In this document: positions 26,999 through 40,766 of the stretch, one piece after another
Position numbering within the stretch: position 1 is the first letter of the stretch
Layout of the letters: each line of letters opens with the position of its first letter
Assembly (NCBI RefSeq): GCF_036321535.1
Contig: NC_087438.1
Coordinates: 11,286,001 to 11,350,000 of the forward strand
Direction of reading: 5' to 3'
Source: Camelus dromedarius
Lineage: Eukaryota
Length of the DNA: 64,000 nucleotides
Made by a program: the position numbers and the translations under genes
Notes under the pieces: generated by a model
What the model was told of the DNA's origin: nothing
The model's input: only the letters and a program-made list of their open reading frames with translations
Databases searched by the model: none

Positions 26999-27477
26999 CC
27001 CAACACCCCTGACTGAATAGTCTATGTGGGTCACTTCTGGGTTTACATTCTATTCTCATGTCCTATTTGTTTATTTCTGCTCTGATACAACACTGTATTA
27101 ATTCATTCAGTTTTAAAATTTAACTTGATATCTGGAAGGGCAATCCCCTTTCACAGTTTTCTTCTTCAGGAGTATCTTGATTGTTCTTATTGAAGGCTAT
27201 CTTGGCACTTGCCTCTTCTGTGTCTACTTTATAACTGTTTTGTGAATTTCACAAAAATTTGGAATTTTGAATGAAATAGCATTTAATCTTAGGTCAGTGT
27301 GATGAGAACAGACATTTTTATGATATTGAGTTTTTTATGTATTAATATTGTATAGCTCTCCATTGTAGGTCTCTTCATATCTTAATATAATCTTAAAATG
27401 TTTAAAACTTTTTTTTAGATTTATTCTTAAGTACTTATAGTTCAGGTTGCTGGTGTAAAGATTTTTCTGTCTTCCCT

Positions 27478-27810
27478 TTTTTCTTTTTAAATCAATTGAG
27501 GCATAATTTACATATGATGAAATGCACCATATATGTGAAACCATATGAAAGGACATATATGTACAGTTCGATGAATTTTGACAAATGTATGCACTCATGT
27601 AACCACCTCCACAATCAGGAAGTAAAACATTCCTGTCATCCCAGAAGATTCCTTGTTGCCCCATTTCAAATCCTCCTTTTTTCTCAATCAGGAAACCACT
27701 GATTCACTGTCTGTCACTATGGATTAGTTTTGCCTGTTCTTGAATTTAATATAAATGGAATCATATGGAATATATATTTTGGAGATCTGGCTTTTTTTGC
27801 TGAGTCTAAT
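27478..27810 (-). mobile_element. L1 3' end (L1MB/L1ME1-like) nested in the older L1
   Basis: ttgaggcataatttacata...gtacagttcgatgaattttgacaaatgtat...aaccactgat...ttttgcctgttcttgaatttaatataaatggaatcata. Confidence 0.8.
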
Positions 27811-27856
27811 GTTCTTTTTCAAACATTAATCAACTTGCTGATGTGTGGAAGTGAAA

Positions 27857-27857
27857 T

Positions 27858-27912
<55 letters not shown>
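27857..27912. repeat. (TTTA)n microsatellite
   Basis: Directly visible. Confidence 0.95.
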
Positions 27913-28241
27913 TATTTTTCTTGTCTTATTTTGCTAGCCAGAACATCCAATGTTAAGTGAAAGGTTTAAATAATAAGCCTCATCACATTTTTCTTATTCT
28001 TAAAGCGAATGCTTTTCCACATTTCACCATTAAATTTGATGATCGGTGTAGGTGTTATTTAAACAGGTTTTATTTGGCTAAGGAAATATCTTTCCATTCC
28101 AAGTTTGCTAACATTTAAAAAACTCATTATGGATATTGGATTTTATTGAATGCTTTTTTACTGTAGCTATTAATAATCATTTTTGTCTTTTAATGTCTTT
28201 TTTTGCATATATATTCATAAGTAGAATTTGACTTCAAACAG

Positions 28242-28451
28242 CAGGTTATGGCAAACTTTTTCTTAAAGAGTCAGATGATAAACATTTTCAGCTCGTGGGC
28301 CATGAAATCTCTATCATAACTACTCAACTCTGCAGTTGGGCTATGAAAGCAGCCATTGATAATATGTAAATAAATAAGCATGGTTGTGTTTTAATAAAAC
28401 TTTATTTACAAATAGACAGCCAGACTGTTGGCTGTAGTTTGCTGATTCCTG
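28242..28451 (+). mobile_element. MER58A nested in L1
   Basis: caggttatggcaaactttttcttaaag...gtgggccat...actcaactctgc...aataaaactttatttacaaa...gctgtagtttgctgattcctg; matches the copy at 12971. Confidence 0.9.
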
Positions 28452-28927
28452 TCAATAAAACAGATTCAAATACTTTATAATGCTAGGGCTTTTTATACTT
28501 TCTATGTCTTATGGAGTCAGTTTCATTAAGTTCCATTTTCTAGTATTTTCTCCATTTCATCTAAGTTTTAAACTTTTCAACTGTTTTGTCATCTTCCTTT
28601 GTTTTATTTCATCTCTTTTTCTTACAATATGTTTTTGTTTGAGACTTTTTTCTTTTTTCTTGATCAGTTTTGGAATGTTTGTCTTATTAATATTTTTTAA
28701 CAAAACTTGACGCACAGCCAAGGAAATGGTGACATCATGTTTTTCTTGCACTTGACCTGTAAATAATTTTGACTGATCTGTAGATGGTAGATCATTCCTC
28801 CACCTGGTTTATTCATCTCCACTCTATATTGTATACTTCATACTCAAATGAAGAGATTAAGTATTTCTCACATGGCGAACTATCATTCTTCATTCAGTAA
28901 TGTAGGATATTGGTCCCCTGTTAACAG

Positions 28928-29152
28928 ATAATGAGGGTAAGCATTCTTTGAGCACTCAGTGTTTGCCAGGCACTGCATAAGTGCTTGATACTTACTAGCT
29001 CACCTAGGCTTCACAACTATTCCAAGTTTTATCATTATTTTCATCTTTGCAGATAAAGAAATAGGCTTGGAGATACAAACAGGCATAGAGAAATAATGGT
29101 AGGCCAGGATTCCAAACTCGGGTAGTTTGATTCCAGAGTTTTGTGCTTAACT
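28928..29152 (-). mobile_element. MIR
   Basis: ttgagcactcagtgtttgccaggcactg...cttcacaac...tttgcagataaagaaataggc...gccaggattccaaactc. Confidence 0.8.
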
Positions 29153-29439
29153 TTTAGGAAAGTTCTTTGCTATATTTCCTGTAATGCTGTGCTCATAAAA
29201 GGAAACTTTAGATGCATAATTTAGTGTCTTAAGAAGACATGGCCATTAGAAAGAGGTACTCTGTGAAGAAAGCCTGGACCAATTATGTCCTGCAATTTAA
29301 GTTTTAAAACTGGGATTCTAGTTTGTAATCACTCTCCTGTGAGATTGATCCTTGCCTAAACCACTGGGATCATGTATCTGAATATAACTGAGTGAGAGTC
29401 AGATCGTGAACTCTGGTTCTACTTCTGTGTAATATTTCT

Positions 29440-29645
29440 TAATTTTCAAAGGCTTTTACAAACATCACATATTATCCTCACAATATGTCTTTGAACTAGT
29501 GGTAATTATTCTTTCTACTTTAGAGTTAAGTGCTTTGAGGCTAAGAGATGTAAGTATCTAGGTCAAAGTCAGAAATTCAGGGGTGGGGAAGCTCAGATGT
29601 AAACAAAGATCTTCTGACTTTCCATGTTGGAATCTTTTCCAGTAC
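29440..29645 (-). mobile_element. MIR remnant
   Basis: atcctcacaat...tgaggctaagagatgtaagta...ggtcaaagtca...tcttctgact. Confidence 0.6.
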
Positions 29646-30509
29646 AAGACAGATCAGGAATGTCATGAATCCCCACCTGAAATAGCCAAATAATTTGACT
29701 CTTACATCATCTGATTTGCTCAGTGTTGTAGAATTAAGGACTGGATGATGAGTGATTTACTAGTGTCACAGTGGACTGCAATATTTGATGTTGTATGGAC
29801 CTAATTTAGTTAAATGAGCAAAGTAACCTCTGCAGAGTTAATGCATGATAGAAATGCACTGACAGGATGACAAGAGCATATACAATTAAAGAGTCTGTTT
29901 TTTCACTGGAAGTAACAAGCCAAGAAGAATAACAAAAATTTTTGTGTCAGTTTCTTTATAGACTGTTTCCACATCATCCAGGCCTGCAGATACTTGGTGT
30001 CAGTTATTGAAAGTTTAATTTTAGGTTTCTGAATTCATTGTCCTGGACAATTTAGTGTGCCCTTTCTCTTAACACCAGCCGAGAACTTGTGCCTGGATGG
30101 CTGACTTCCAAGAATTTGTTGATTATGCTGTATCCTGAGACCATCAACTGGATGATGGCTTTTTTAAATGACTAATGTTCCAAATAATGGCATGTAAAAT
30201 ATCTGTTATTAGCCTCTTTCCTTGACTCTGATTACCTTATAAGGTAAGAAAGAAAAAAATACTGTGATTCCAAACCAGCACTAAATTGATTTAATAGACG
30301 CTCACACACAAACTCCATTTGGGAAAAACCTCACTGCATAGTCTATTAGTAATGATATGTATCTTTTTTAAAAGCAGAATTAGCATTATGATTGTACACT
30401 GTTATATGTTATGTACAAACATAAACATTAATAGTTAAGTGGTAATAAATAATTCTATGTGACACACAGACTTAAATATTAACAGTGAAGAGTAATGACA
30501 AATTTAATC

Positions 30510-30665
30510 ATAATTAACAGTTTTAGTGCTTACTCTGCTCCAGGCAATATCATAAGTGATTTAATTTGATTCCCACCATTTTACAAATGAGAAAAACGAT
30601 ACTCAACCTGGTCATAGTACTAGTTAAACGTGCCAGTTTCAGATGCCACGTTCCTAACCATGCGC
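30510..30665 (-). mobile_element. MIR remnant
   Basis: gtgcttactctgctccaggca...ccattttacaaatgagaaaa...ggtcatagtactagttaa. Confidence 0.55.
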
Positions 30666-33253
30666 AGTCCTGCTGCATGATGCACATTAGAGGAGAACTG
30701 AAGTAAAGTCTCCATGACAGACGAGCACATGCTTCACAAAACGACTGCAGAGCATCCAGACGGCTAGCATCTCACTCTCAGGCTAACAAGTTTAGTGACC
30801 AGGAAGCTATATGTACTTAGAATTCTCTTGAAACACAAGATGTAGAAATAGAATACAGTTTAAAGACATTTTCCCTATTTCACATAGTCTATACTTTCAG
30901 ACAATGGAGAAATTTGGAAGAACTTTCTCTCAGACTTTCTTATAACTGATCATGGCTGCCTATTTTCTCTGGCTGCTAGGAAGTTCAGAACCAAACGTGC
31001 AGCCTACTTGTAAAAAATTGTGTAGGATTTTAAGATGTCCTGGTATGAATCATATCTTGGCTATTTATTATTTCTCTACCTCATTTTTCATGGATTCTAG
31101 TTTCTTGAGCTCTTTGCTTTTCATTTTTTCTGTATTCCTCCAAGGCACCTCAAAATCTTACGGGTGTGTTTACGAAATACATCAAAGATGTGTAAGATAA
31201 AAATTCAAAACATGCTGTTTTATGTAAATTCATAGAATTGTCATAAACATGGGACCACTGAGATTTTCTAACTGTTAAATGACATGGGAGGGTTAGTTTA
31301 GTTTGGTTTGGTTTTAGGAACAGAGTGTAGATATAGTTGAATTATTGCATGAAACCTTGTTCATGTTCCTACTGTAAAAATAAGTTTTGTTCTATTTTGG
31401 AGAAGCTATTTCTAGACTTTATTTTTCCCTTCACAGGACAATTGACCCAACAGGACAACTTTCTGGTAACAAATTTGATAACAAAATGTTAAACTTGAAT
31501 TTCTCCAGAATACTGCATCACTTACAAAATAGTGTTAATTTGGATGACCTAGTAACAAACCTAACACCCACAACTTTTTAGTGAGATCAGAATTGATTAT
31601 TCTAACACTTTGGTGGTGGAACCCCCATGCTAAAAGGTTGTGTTGTGAGCCACGTTGCTCCTCTGTCTTGGTTGTGATGTCGGGGTGTGCATCTCACTAT
31701 TGGTGAGGCTGGGGGTGGTGTGGTTTATCTAGGCAGCACTGACACCAGAGATACACCTGCTAAGTTCATCCTTGTTTGCAAGAGGGAATGTGGTTGAAAA
31801 GAAAAACAAAATACTCCACAGGATCCCAGGAAGGGGAGAATAGGAAGGATCTTAGGGGGAAAAATGAAGAAAAAGAAAATGTTGCTTCTGGGTGAAAAAA
31901 ATTAATGAGTACAGGACACAGATAACTGAGAGGAGGTAGTGCAGAGCATCAGTCTCCTGACAGCACCCTCTTAAATCATCTCTGTGATGTGTGGTGTGTC
32001 ACAGAACACATGGTCCCTTTTCCATTCTGAGAGTTTGCTGTCGGTAAATCAAGATGATGAATTTGCTTGATAGATGGAATTCCTGCGTGTGCTCAGAGGA
32101 CAGAGGGACAGAAGGCTGATCTGGGGGCTCTGATTCCCTCGCAGCCACTGGCAGCTGCCTTTTCCTGGCCGGCTCCGTGCGCTTCATGGTCCTGTGTGGC
32201 GCATCGGGTGCCAGGAACAACAGTCCTGTCAAGTTGCACTTCAGGACTGAACAAAGTTATCTCTGTCCAGCATGCTTCCAAACGCCATGAAAAAAAAATA
32301 AGGTCTGAACAGATGGACGGATTTTCTTGTTCCATTTCCCTCTGGTGAATCTTACGAGCTCTTTCGTCCGTGGCATGTTTGTTTTCCATACTTGAACATT
32401 TTTTCCCCCCAGATATAAAATTCAATATTTGAAAGTCGGTGCTGGCAAAGTTGACCAAATAATTCTGACGTTAATTCCACAGATGTGTTTATTTATTCAC
32501 GTCTGAAATATTTTCTTTCCTCAGATGACTGTTCTTCATACCCCAGGCATTGCAAGAGTTAGCTGTTCTTTCAAGATTTAAGGGTCACTTTGTTTATTAA
32601 ACCAATCAGCCAGCAAGAAAAATAAAAACAAGAGAAGGAGAAGCCTGGATTAATACAAAAGGCATATTGGTGTTTTATAATTTTTATTAATGGTGCACCA
32701 AATAACACAATAGCAATGAAACTCTTCTTGGTAATTAAAATTGAAACCTTTAATGCATGTTCTTATTTGTCTCTTTTATTTATATTTTCATTTATGATGG
32801 GTTTTTTTTTAGGTAAAATTAAGAAATCCCCACATGTCAGATGAGGGACTCCTGCATTATATTAATTTGCAGAGGCATGTGTGAGGCTAGCTTAGGAACT
32901 CTGTTTTAAAAGGTAACGGGGCTGAAGGTCAGAATTACAGTGAATGGTTTGTATATTTTAAAATCACAAGCTATAGAAACTCCACTTTGTCTAAAATGCA
33001 GTACTTGCCTATTTGGAACCACAAGGTTATGTCAAAAGGGATTCCCTCTTAGGTGCAATTTCCTCCTTCAGCTTCTTGGAGTCAGATACACCAAACAAAA
33101 TGCTGTCAAGGGTGGTGACCTTGCCCTTGGACTTGAATCCAGAAAGAGCATAGGAGTTTTGCACCCTCTGGATTTCTCCCTCTTTGGGAATTCAGTGATT
33201 TTGGATTGACTGTTCGATTGACGATTATAATTTATTTTCATACAGAACCATTA

Positions 33254-33590
33254 CAGGCACACCTGGGCAATATTGCAGGTTTGGTTCCAGACCACCTCAA
33301 CAAAGAGACTATCAGGATAAAGCGAGTCACACGAATCTTTTGGTTTTCTAGTGCACTTAAAAGTTATGTTTACACTATATTGTAGTCTACTAAGAGCACA
33401 ATAGCATTATGTCTAAAAAATGGTTCACATACACGAGTTAAAAAATACTTTATTGCTAAACAACGCTAACCATATTGTAATAATGCATTAATCATAATGC
33501 AGAGGTGTCACAAATCTTCAATTTATTAAAAAAAAAACACAGTATCTGCAGAGCGCAGTAAGGCACAGGGCGATAACTGAGGCATGCCTG
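33254..33590. mobile_element. Internally deleted Tigger1 derivative (337 bp)
   Basis: TIRs caggcacacct / aggcatgcctg flanked by TA on both sides (33252-33253, 33591-33592); Tigger1 subterminal text ggttccagaccac...aaaagttatgtttacactata. Confidence 0.9.
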
Positions 33591-34789
33591 TATACTTGAA
33601 AGAGGTTAAACTATCCATGCATTATAGAAAGTCACATTGTCACACGCTGACATAGTGCCCACTGACTTGGCCCAAGCATAAATATTAGAACTTACATTAA
33701 CACGAATACAATTTGTGAATTGTGAAATTGGTATGTTACAATTTTTTTTCTAAATGATTAATGGATTCCAAATCAAGCTCATGAAACTAGCAAAATATTC
33801 AATGAGTATTTGCTACGTGGGAAGAGTCAGTGTTGTAAAAGTGACTCAAGCATAACTGTCATAACAGCATGGGTCTGTCTGCAGAAGGGGCAGAGGCTAG
33901 AAATGTGGGTTTGGACTAAATATAATGTAACTAAAATGTTTGCTGGGAAGGGGGCAGGTGTTAGACGCAGTGGAGGCTGCATGCCTTTCCAAGAGTAGTC
34001 AGTTACCTAATTAAGAAAAGAAGTTTAGTGATTAAATAGCAGGTTAGTGTTTTTCAAGCATATTTTTTATTACTTTAACTAGTTTTTTTTTTTCCATAAA
34101 GTAATGGGTGAATGCCCTCGCTGTTGCCTAGTCCGCGGTCCTACTGCCCACAGCCCTTCCTGCAGCTGCCTGCTATGCAAGCCTGTTCCTCCTTCCGTCC
34201 AAAGTGATCTGCCTCTGGGGCTGGACTGAGGTCAACTTCCCCAGCTACGTGGAATAGAGTGCGTGGCTGTGGTGGTTCCCGTGTCCTCATGGTCTGTGGT
34301 CCAAAACCTTGTGATTCTACGTGCTGTCTCTTCTCCCTGGGACCTCCTGGGACACGTACCTCCTCTTGGCTCATCGCCCTCTTGCCACATGTTGCTGTTC
34401 CTCTGGGGCTGGCAGTCACATAATGGATTTAAATCCCCTCCTAGATCTTACCAGCTGCCTGGACTTTGGGCACAGCATTTGATTGATCTGTGTCCTCTTC
34501 TGAAAAATATGGATTATTATAAGATTTCATAGGACTGGCTGTTGCCAATGTTCGGTGGGTAACAAGTGAGAAAGACCCTCCCAGAGCCTGTCTCGGAGCA
34601 GACCCCTGGTCATGTCCGTGGACCTTCTCCTCCTCTTCATCCTTCCCTTCCTTCCTTCCTTCCAATTTTCTTTATTGATTTCTTGTGTACTTTCCTTCTT
34701 CTGCTCCTCTTCTTTTTCTTCCTTCGTCTTTCCTTTCCTTTATTATTACTATTTTTGAGTTATGAGAACCACAAAAGAAGGATCCGTGA

Positions 34790-35730
34790 TGTGTTTGGGG
34801 CATTCAGAAAAGAGATTTGACAGTTGGAGGCATGAGAGGACTATTCAGGAAGGGCATTTAACGTAGGTCTTGAAGTTTGAGTAGACTTGGTGTATGTGGA
34901 AAACAGAAAGAACGACTAGGCTTGGATGGAAAGTCAGAAACATCATGGAGGCCCGGTACCCTCAGTGAAAGTGTTTGTTCTCTAGTAGCCAGCATGGCAT
35001 TGTGGAAGGTCTTTTTTTTTTTTTTTTTTTTTTTCCTTTCTTTCTTTTCATCATGTCCTAGGTGCACTTCAGGAGTTTGATATTGAAAACAGCATTCATG
35101 ATGAATTGAGTGGGGTAAGCGAGAGGGAGACCGTTTCAGAGGGTTTGAATCAGAGTAGTGACAAACAAAATAGGAAGGAATCAATTGCAATCTCAGTAGG
35201 ACTTAATTGCATGTGAGGAGTAAATCATATGGTGGGAGTAAACGTACTTGAGGTTTTAAGCTTAGTGACTGGAGGGATGAAAGTGACATGATCCTGGAGA
35301 GGAAATGCACTGAGAGAAGGATGTTTGCAAAGGAAGCTTGAGGTGTCACTTAGAAATTTGGGATGTTGTGTTTAGAGAGTGATGGGAAATATAAGCCTTG
35401 AATTCCAGAGCCGTTTAGGAGCCACTTATGTGGATTTTGGAATAGAGGTTAAATGACTGTAAGAAATGTCCAAGGATAATAAATGTCAGAATCTTCTAGA
35501 AAGGGGCTGAGATGAGATGATGTTAGGGGGAGTGATGATCCAGAGAAATCAGAATAGGAACCTGTTCAGAAGGCCAGGATTATGTTCAGAGAAGCAGGGG
35601 ACACTTGGATGTTCTGAGTCCTGTGATACACTGACTCTCGCGAAGAGGGCAGATTAAAAGCTATTGGATGTATCAACTAGAAGCTCACTGGTTTGAGAAA
35701 CATTTTATGGGATAATATTTGGCAAAGCCA
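34790..35730 (-). mobile_element. Decayed L2
   Basis: taggtcttgaag, ggagtttgatattg, gagggtttgaatcagag, gaggttttaagcttagtgactggaggga, ctattggatgtatcaac. Confidence 0.55.
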
Positions 35731-36724
35731 GCATAGAACAAAGTATAGCACAGTGGTTCATAGTAAGCCCTAGAATTTACTTTGATGGTTTGAAGCAAAA
35801 ACTTGTTTCCTACTAGTTGTTTTCAGTGTAAGATTTGGTGACTGGGTGTTTCAACCAAAGAAAAGATAATTTGTTTTTTCAAGTTAATAATCAAAGTATT
35901 AAAGTTGCAAATTCCAAAACCTAGTTTTTTTTAAGCTCTTAAACTTAACTCAAATTCTCATTATTCTATATATAAATCCGGTACAGTTTATCGGTCACTT
36001 TCAAGGGGACCTTCACAACTTAGTTAATTAAATTTCATTAAATATTCAAATGGCATTCATAAATTTAACATATTCATTTCTATTTCTTAAACGTTTCAAA
36101 GGTCTAACAGGCTGATCAGTCCCAAATTCTGGAGAAATTTATATGAATACAGTATATTGAATTTATAAGATGCTGACCCTTAATTCCTTATAAACTTACA
36201 ATATTATTTTATAAACCAGTAAATTTTTCTTATTAGTCTTTATAAGTTTATAATTAAAAGAAGAAAGCCAGGTAAATCACCCAATCTCAAATTTGAAATA
36301 GCAAATATAAACAAATTATTTATAGACATAAATATGTTAATGAACTCGGGTTGTTTTTGCTTTGTCATCTTTGCCCTTTACTCTAAACTTGACTGGTTTT
36401 AAGAAAATTTACATGCTAAGGAGAGAGTCCTATCACCTGAGGTCTGATCTCAACAAGAGTTCCCTTTGCTTTTCTCTAACTTAGAAGTGGGAGAGTGAGA
36501 TATTCAAATTCTCAGTCTCTCTTGCAGCCACAGGGGCCCACTTGACACACTTCTGTCTGATGGGATATGTACAGGAGTTCCTGTCTATTTATTTGGATGG
36601 TGGATAAAAAGGCACCAAATATGTGCTTGTTGCTTCAGGTATTGGGACATGGTAATTATCACATCTGAAACTTATGTGACCCTCAGTCTGTTCCCCAAAC
36701 CACTGTGTGTGTGGGTTAACTGTG

Positions 36725-36900
36725 CTATCTAGAACAACGCCATGAGGTAGATACAGTTGTTACTACATTTCCTAGATGAGGAAGTGGCAACACAGAGAGG
36801 TTACTAAGTCGCCCAGAGTCACACGGCCGGTAATAGAGCAAAGTTAAGATGTGAGCCCTGGCACCACAGTTCCAGAGTCCTCTTCACCTCTCTGCCACAG
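36725..36900 (-). mobile_element. MIR
   Basis: aacaacgccatgaggtagat...agatgaggaagtggcaacacagagaggttactaagtcgcccagagtcacac. Confidence 0.8.
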
Positions 36901-37690
36901 TCACCACTCCCTGGCCCTTCTCCACTGGGCACTTGAAGCTCTTTGCTGTCTCTGTTCTTCAACATTGAAGACATACTGTGACAGCTAGTGGTTTCCACGT
37001 GTTTTCCCCGTTGGACTAAGTGTTCCTCGGCCATGGCGTCCATCCGTTCTGCCCCAAATCACAGCCACAGAACATGTCTCCCCAGAGATGTTCAACAGAT
37101 GCTTCAGTGAACAAATGACTTAAGAGCTGTAAAATTACAGGTGTCAGAGAGATGGCTTACTTTAAAAACCTCACTATGCCAAACCTAGAGGATAGTCCTT
37201 AAAAAATTTAAAAAGGAGTAAATAGAAGAGTTAAGAAGTGACTTTTTCACTCCATAAAGAGGGTGTCACTTTGCATAACGACCACTTTGTGCAGTGTTAT
37301 CCTAGCGAGGGAGCTGAGAGTCCCCTCACCAGATCTTGTAAGGAAGGAGACTTTCCGTCGTCTCTTTGTGTATTTCACCATAAATAACATTGTCATGACC
37401 TAAGACTTTGACAACTGTCTGAGTCAAACTGCCTGTAGAGAAAGAAGATAAAGGCCCTTTTCCAATCTGTGATTTGCCTTGTGGAAAGCTAACATGTGGT
37501 TGGGCGCCTGGGTCCCCATAGAGAGCTGGTGTCTGCCCACAGATGTGTGAAAACGGTACCACAGAGTCACCAGGACCCAGGATATGGTCCATAGAAAAGG
37601 GATGTCATTTACATGTTAGGAGGATATGGGATGTCTGCTCATGATATCTTCATGGTATGGGATATCTATTTGGTTTGAATGAAATAAAAA

Positions 37691-38250
37691 TGTATTAGAA
37701 TTCTCCAGAGAAACAGAACCATTGAGGTTATACACATACACACACATATATATATACACATATATATATCAATTATATATATATGTATGTATGTGTGTGT
37801 ATGTGTATATATATGTATGTGTACATATATATATACACACATAAAGAGATTTATTATAAGGAATTGACTCATTCAGCTATGGAGGCTGAGAAGTCCTACA
37901 GTCTACCATATGTAAGCTAGAATCCAAGAAAGCTGGTGATGCAGTTCAGTCCAAGTTCAAAGACTTGAGAACTAGAAGTACAAAGAGTAGGGCAAGACCT
38001 ATCCCAGCTCAAAAAATTAGGCAGGAAGGGACAAATTCTGCTTTCCTGTGCCTTTTTGTTCTCTTCAGGTCCCCAATGGTCTGGGTGATGGCCCACCCAC
38101 ATCGAGGAGGTCACAATGCTTTACGGAAGCCACCAAAACAAATACCAGTTTCATCCAGAAACAGCCTCACAAACAAACCAAGATACAACGTTTAGCCAAA
38201 TATCTGGACACCGTATGATTCGGTCAGTTGACATATAAAATGAACCATGA
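37691..38250 (-). mobile_element. MLT2 (ERVL) solo LTR with internal (TA)/(CA) microsatellite
   Basis: tgtattagaattctccagagaaacagaacca...gagatttattataaggaattgactca...tggaggctgagaagtcc...tcatccagaaacagcctcaca...agttgacatataaaatgaacca. Confidence 0.92.
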
Positions 38251-40714
38251 CGAGTAAATGTGTAACGCTCGGGAAGAAAAGTGTAAATGTCACATCAAAC
38301 AAGCATGGCTTATGGCATGTGTTTATTACCAGTGTCATTTTGTCTCCCGTGGTCTCTTTGTTACTCAGCAGGGTCCAGGCTTCCCCTCCTTGGATGAGCA
38401 GTCACGCGGATCCAGACTTGTCAGTCACTCTGAGATAAGATGCATGGACAACCTTAGTTCAGTAACTCAATTGTCGGGACCTTAAAATGATGAAGAGTCC
38501 AACCTAATGGAAGTTGGGTTACCCCCTCCCCCGATTGGGGTGTGGCAGGTGGAGGAAGCAGAGTTTGTTGGTTTCTTCTCTCTAACAACCTCTCCTTTGC
38601 TAACTTGGGATTCTGAGACCTACAGGGTGGGAGTGGGGAAAGGCAAGGGGACAAAAGGGATGCTGATGTTTGCCGCAGTGGCATCACTGTCCCTCTTGTC
38701 TGGACTTAGCAGAAATCCAAAGCTGACTCTTTCTCTTGTCTCCACCCTCCTTCCTTTTCCAGAGTTTTCTGCACTGTTGAGCCCCTTCACTTTAACATGT
38801 TGGGCCTCAAGTCTTCAGACCTCAGCTGAAATATCCATTTCATATCATGTTACAAATGAATTTTCTTTAAAAGCATAGGACTTCCAGTTACTGTCTATCC
38901 AGAGCTCTCTATTTCAAACACAGAACTTCAAGCTTCACTGGAATGTGTTACCGTCTTCATTTCACCTTTAAAATGACCTGTGTTTGATGCAAATAGCTTC
39001 TGAATATGCGATGAAGGAAAAAAAAACAGACTTGCAAATACCCACCATTCAAGATTGTTTATATGTCTAATGAGAAATGATTTTTGCTGCCCAACGTTTG
39101 TATGTTTCCCCGTCTCCTTAAATCCCTACCCTTTGGATAAAATGGATCTGAGATGGCTAACCAAGAGGACAGAAAAAAATCAGTAGAGAGGAGATAGGGC
39201 AAAGGGCAAGTAAGGATAGAAGAATAAAACACAGCTGAGGAACAGGCCACATTCGCACGTGCTTGGCATTGCCACATTTGTCAGAGGTGGTCATGGCTCT
39301 GGTTGAATTCCTGAATTGTCCAAACAAAGAGAGCAGCACGATCAATATCACAGTTCAGTGTATTTATAAGACGTAAAGAGTATAGTTGCTGAAGACAATC
39401 ATACATGTTCCTATGAGAGGAATGTTTCCTGTGTGCTCCCATGGTGGGCGAACTCTGCACGGAGGTGGACCAAAAGGCCAGATCATCCACAAACTAGGAC
39501 ATGTCCTCATACTCTTCCTTGTGACACTCCTCAATGCAAACAGAAAGCCAAAGATTGTTATTTAGGAAATGTTCTTGTAGATAGAACCATGATGCCGAGT
39601 GGTAGTCTTGCTTCAGACACTGCCTAGTGTTAGGCCTTCACACTGCCACAGACACACTCTGAGTCTATTGATACGTATTTTTAATTTTGGTAGCAGTTCT
39701 TCCCAATTTTTTTTGCATGTAAATACATGTATACAGTATCCTGCACATTTTTTTAGTTTACATATATGTATTGATTTTTGTTTCTAAGAACAGATTAGAG
39801 ATTTAGCATTTAAATTTACAGTTATCAAAAGAATAAAGCCAATTACAAAACAAGAATCAACAGAATCTGGTGATCCAATCAAGGACACCTGCCCAATATT
39901 AAACATAATACCCACCATTTTTGTTGGTGATTTACCCGTTGGGTAGATATGAATGCGTATATCCTTGCAAATTCTTTCTCATACAGTTTTCCCATGAATT
40001 TCCAACTTAAAAGAATTTTTCTTTCCAAAAGTCGTGGATTGGCACTCAGGGTGAAATTGTATATATAGAAAGTCATTCTTTGGCATTCGTTTCATTTTGT
40101 GGGAGATTTAAAGCTCCTTCCTTGCTCTTTGTTTTTCTTCTTTTCCTGGAAAAGGCTGTTTATGGGTGTAAAAAAAAAAGAGTCAAAGATTACAAATTAA
40201 AAAAAAAAAAAGCTGGCTCTGCGCAGTGAATATTAATTCGTTTGTTCTCAGAGGTTGCCTTGCTGAAAAAAGCAAGGTGTGAGACAGAGAAGGCAGGGAG
40301 ATAGCATATAGCCCAATTAAGTTTGGTACAGAAAATGGAACCATTCTTAAGGGTTATAATACCACATACACAGGCTGATAAAGAACCTTTCCCACCCCGC
40401 CAAAAAAACCAACTGCCCAGCTGGATGGAATAGGCTAACGTCACAAATGTATCGTAGATCTATTGAATGTACGAGGGCACCACGGTCAGGGGACAAATAC
40501 ACCAAGTCCCTGGCCTGATAGTGGTGACAGGTTTGAATAAAATCAGAGGTAACGATTTTACTGAGGCCAGAATAAGCAGCGTGTTAGCACAAACCCTCAG
40601 CTCTGAAGAAGATAAGTGAATTATAATTGCACACATAGACTTCTTAAGTTCATTTCTGCTTCATGGACACATTCTCTTATTTTCATCCAAAGCTACTTGA
40701 TGAGATTACTTAGC

Positions 40715-40766
40715 GAGAGAGAGAGAGAGGGAGAGGGAGAGGGAGAGAGAGTGTGTGTGTGTGTGT
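40715..40766. repeat. Compound (GA)n/(GAGGGA)n/(GT)n microsatellite
   Basis: Directly visible. Confidence 0.9.

Larger units (their letters stand above)
27005..28712 (-). mobile_element. Old L1 (L1ME-like) ORF2 region interrupted by nested insertions
   Basis: cttgatatctgg...tcttcttcaggagtatcttg, gacattttta tgatattgag, atttcaccattaa, ttccaagtttgcta, ttttattgaatgctttt. Confidence 0.7.

Noticed and set aside
32093..32458. 121-aa minus-strand ORF in unique sequence
   Set aside because: No recognisable homology, non-ATG start and no convincing splice context
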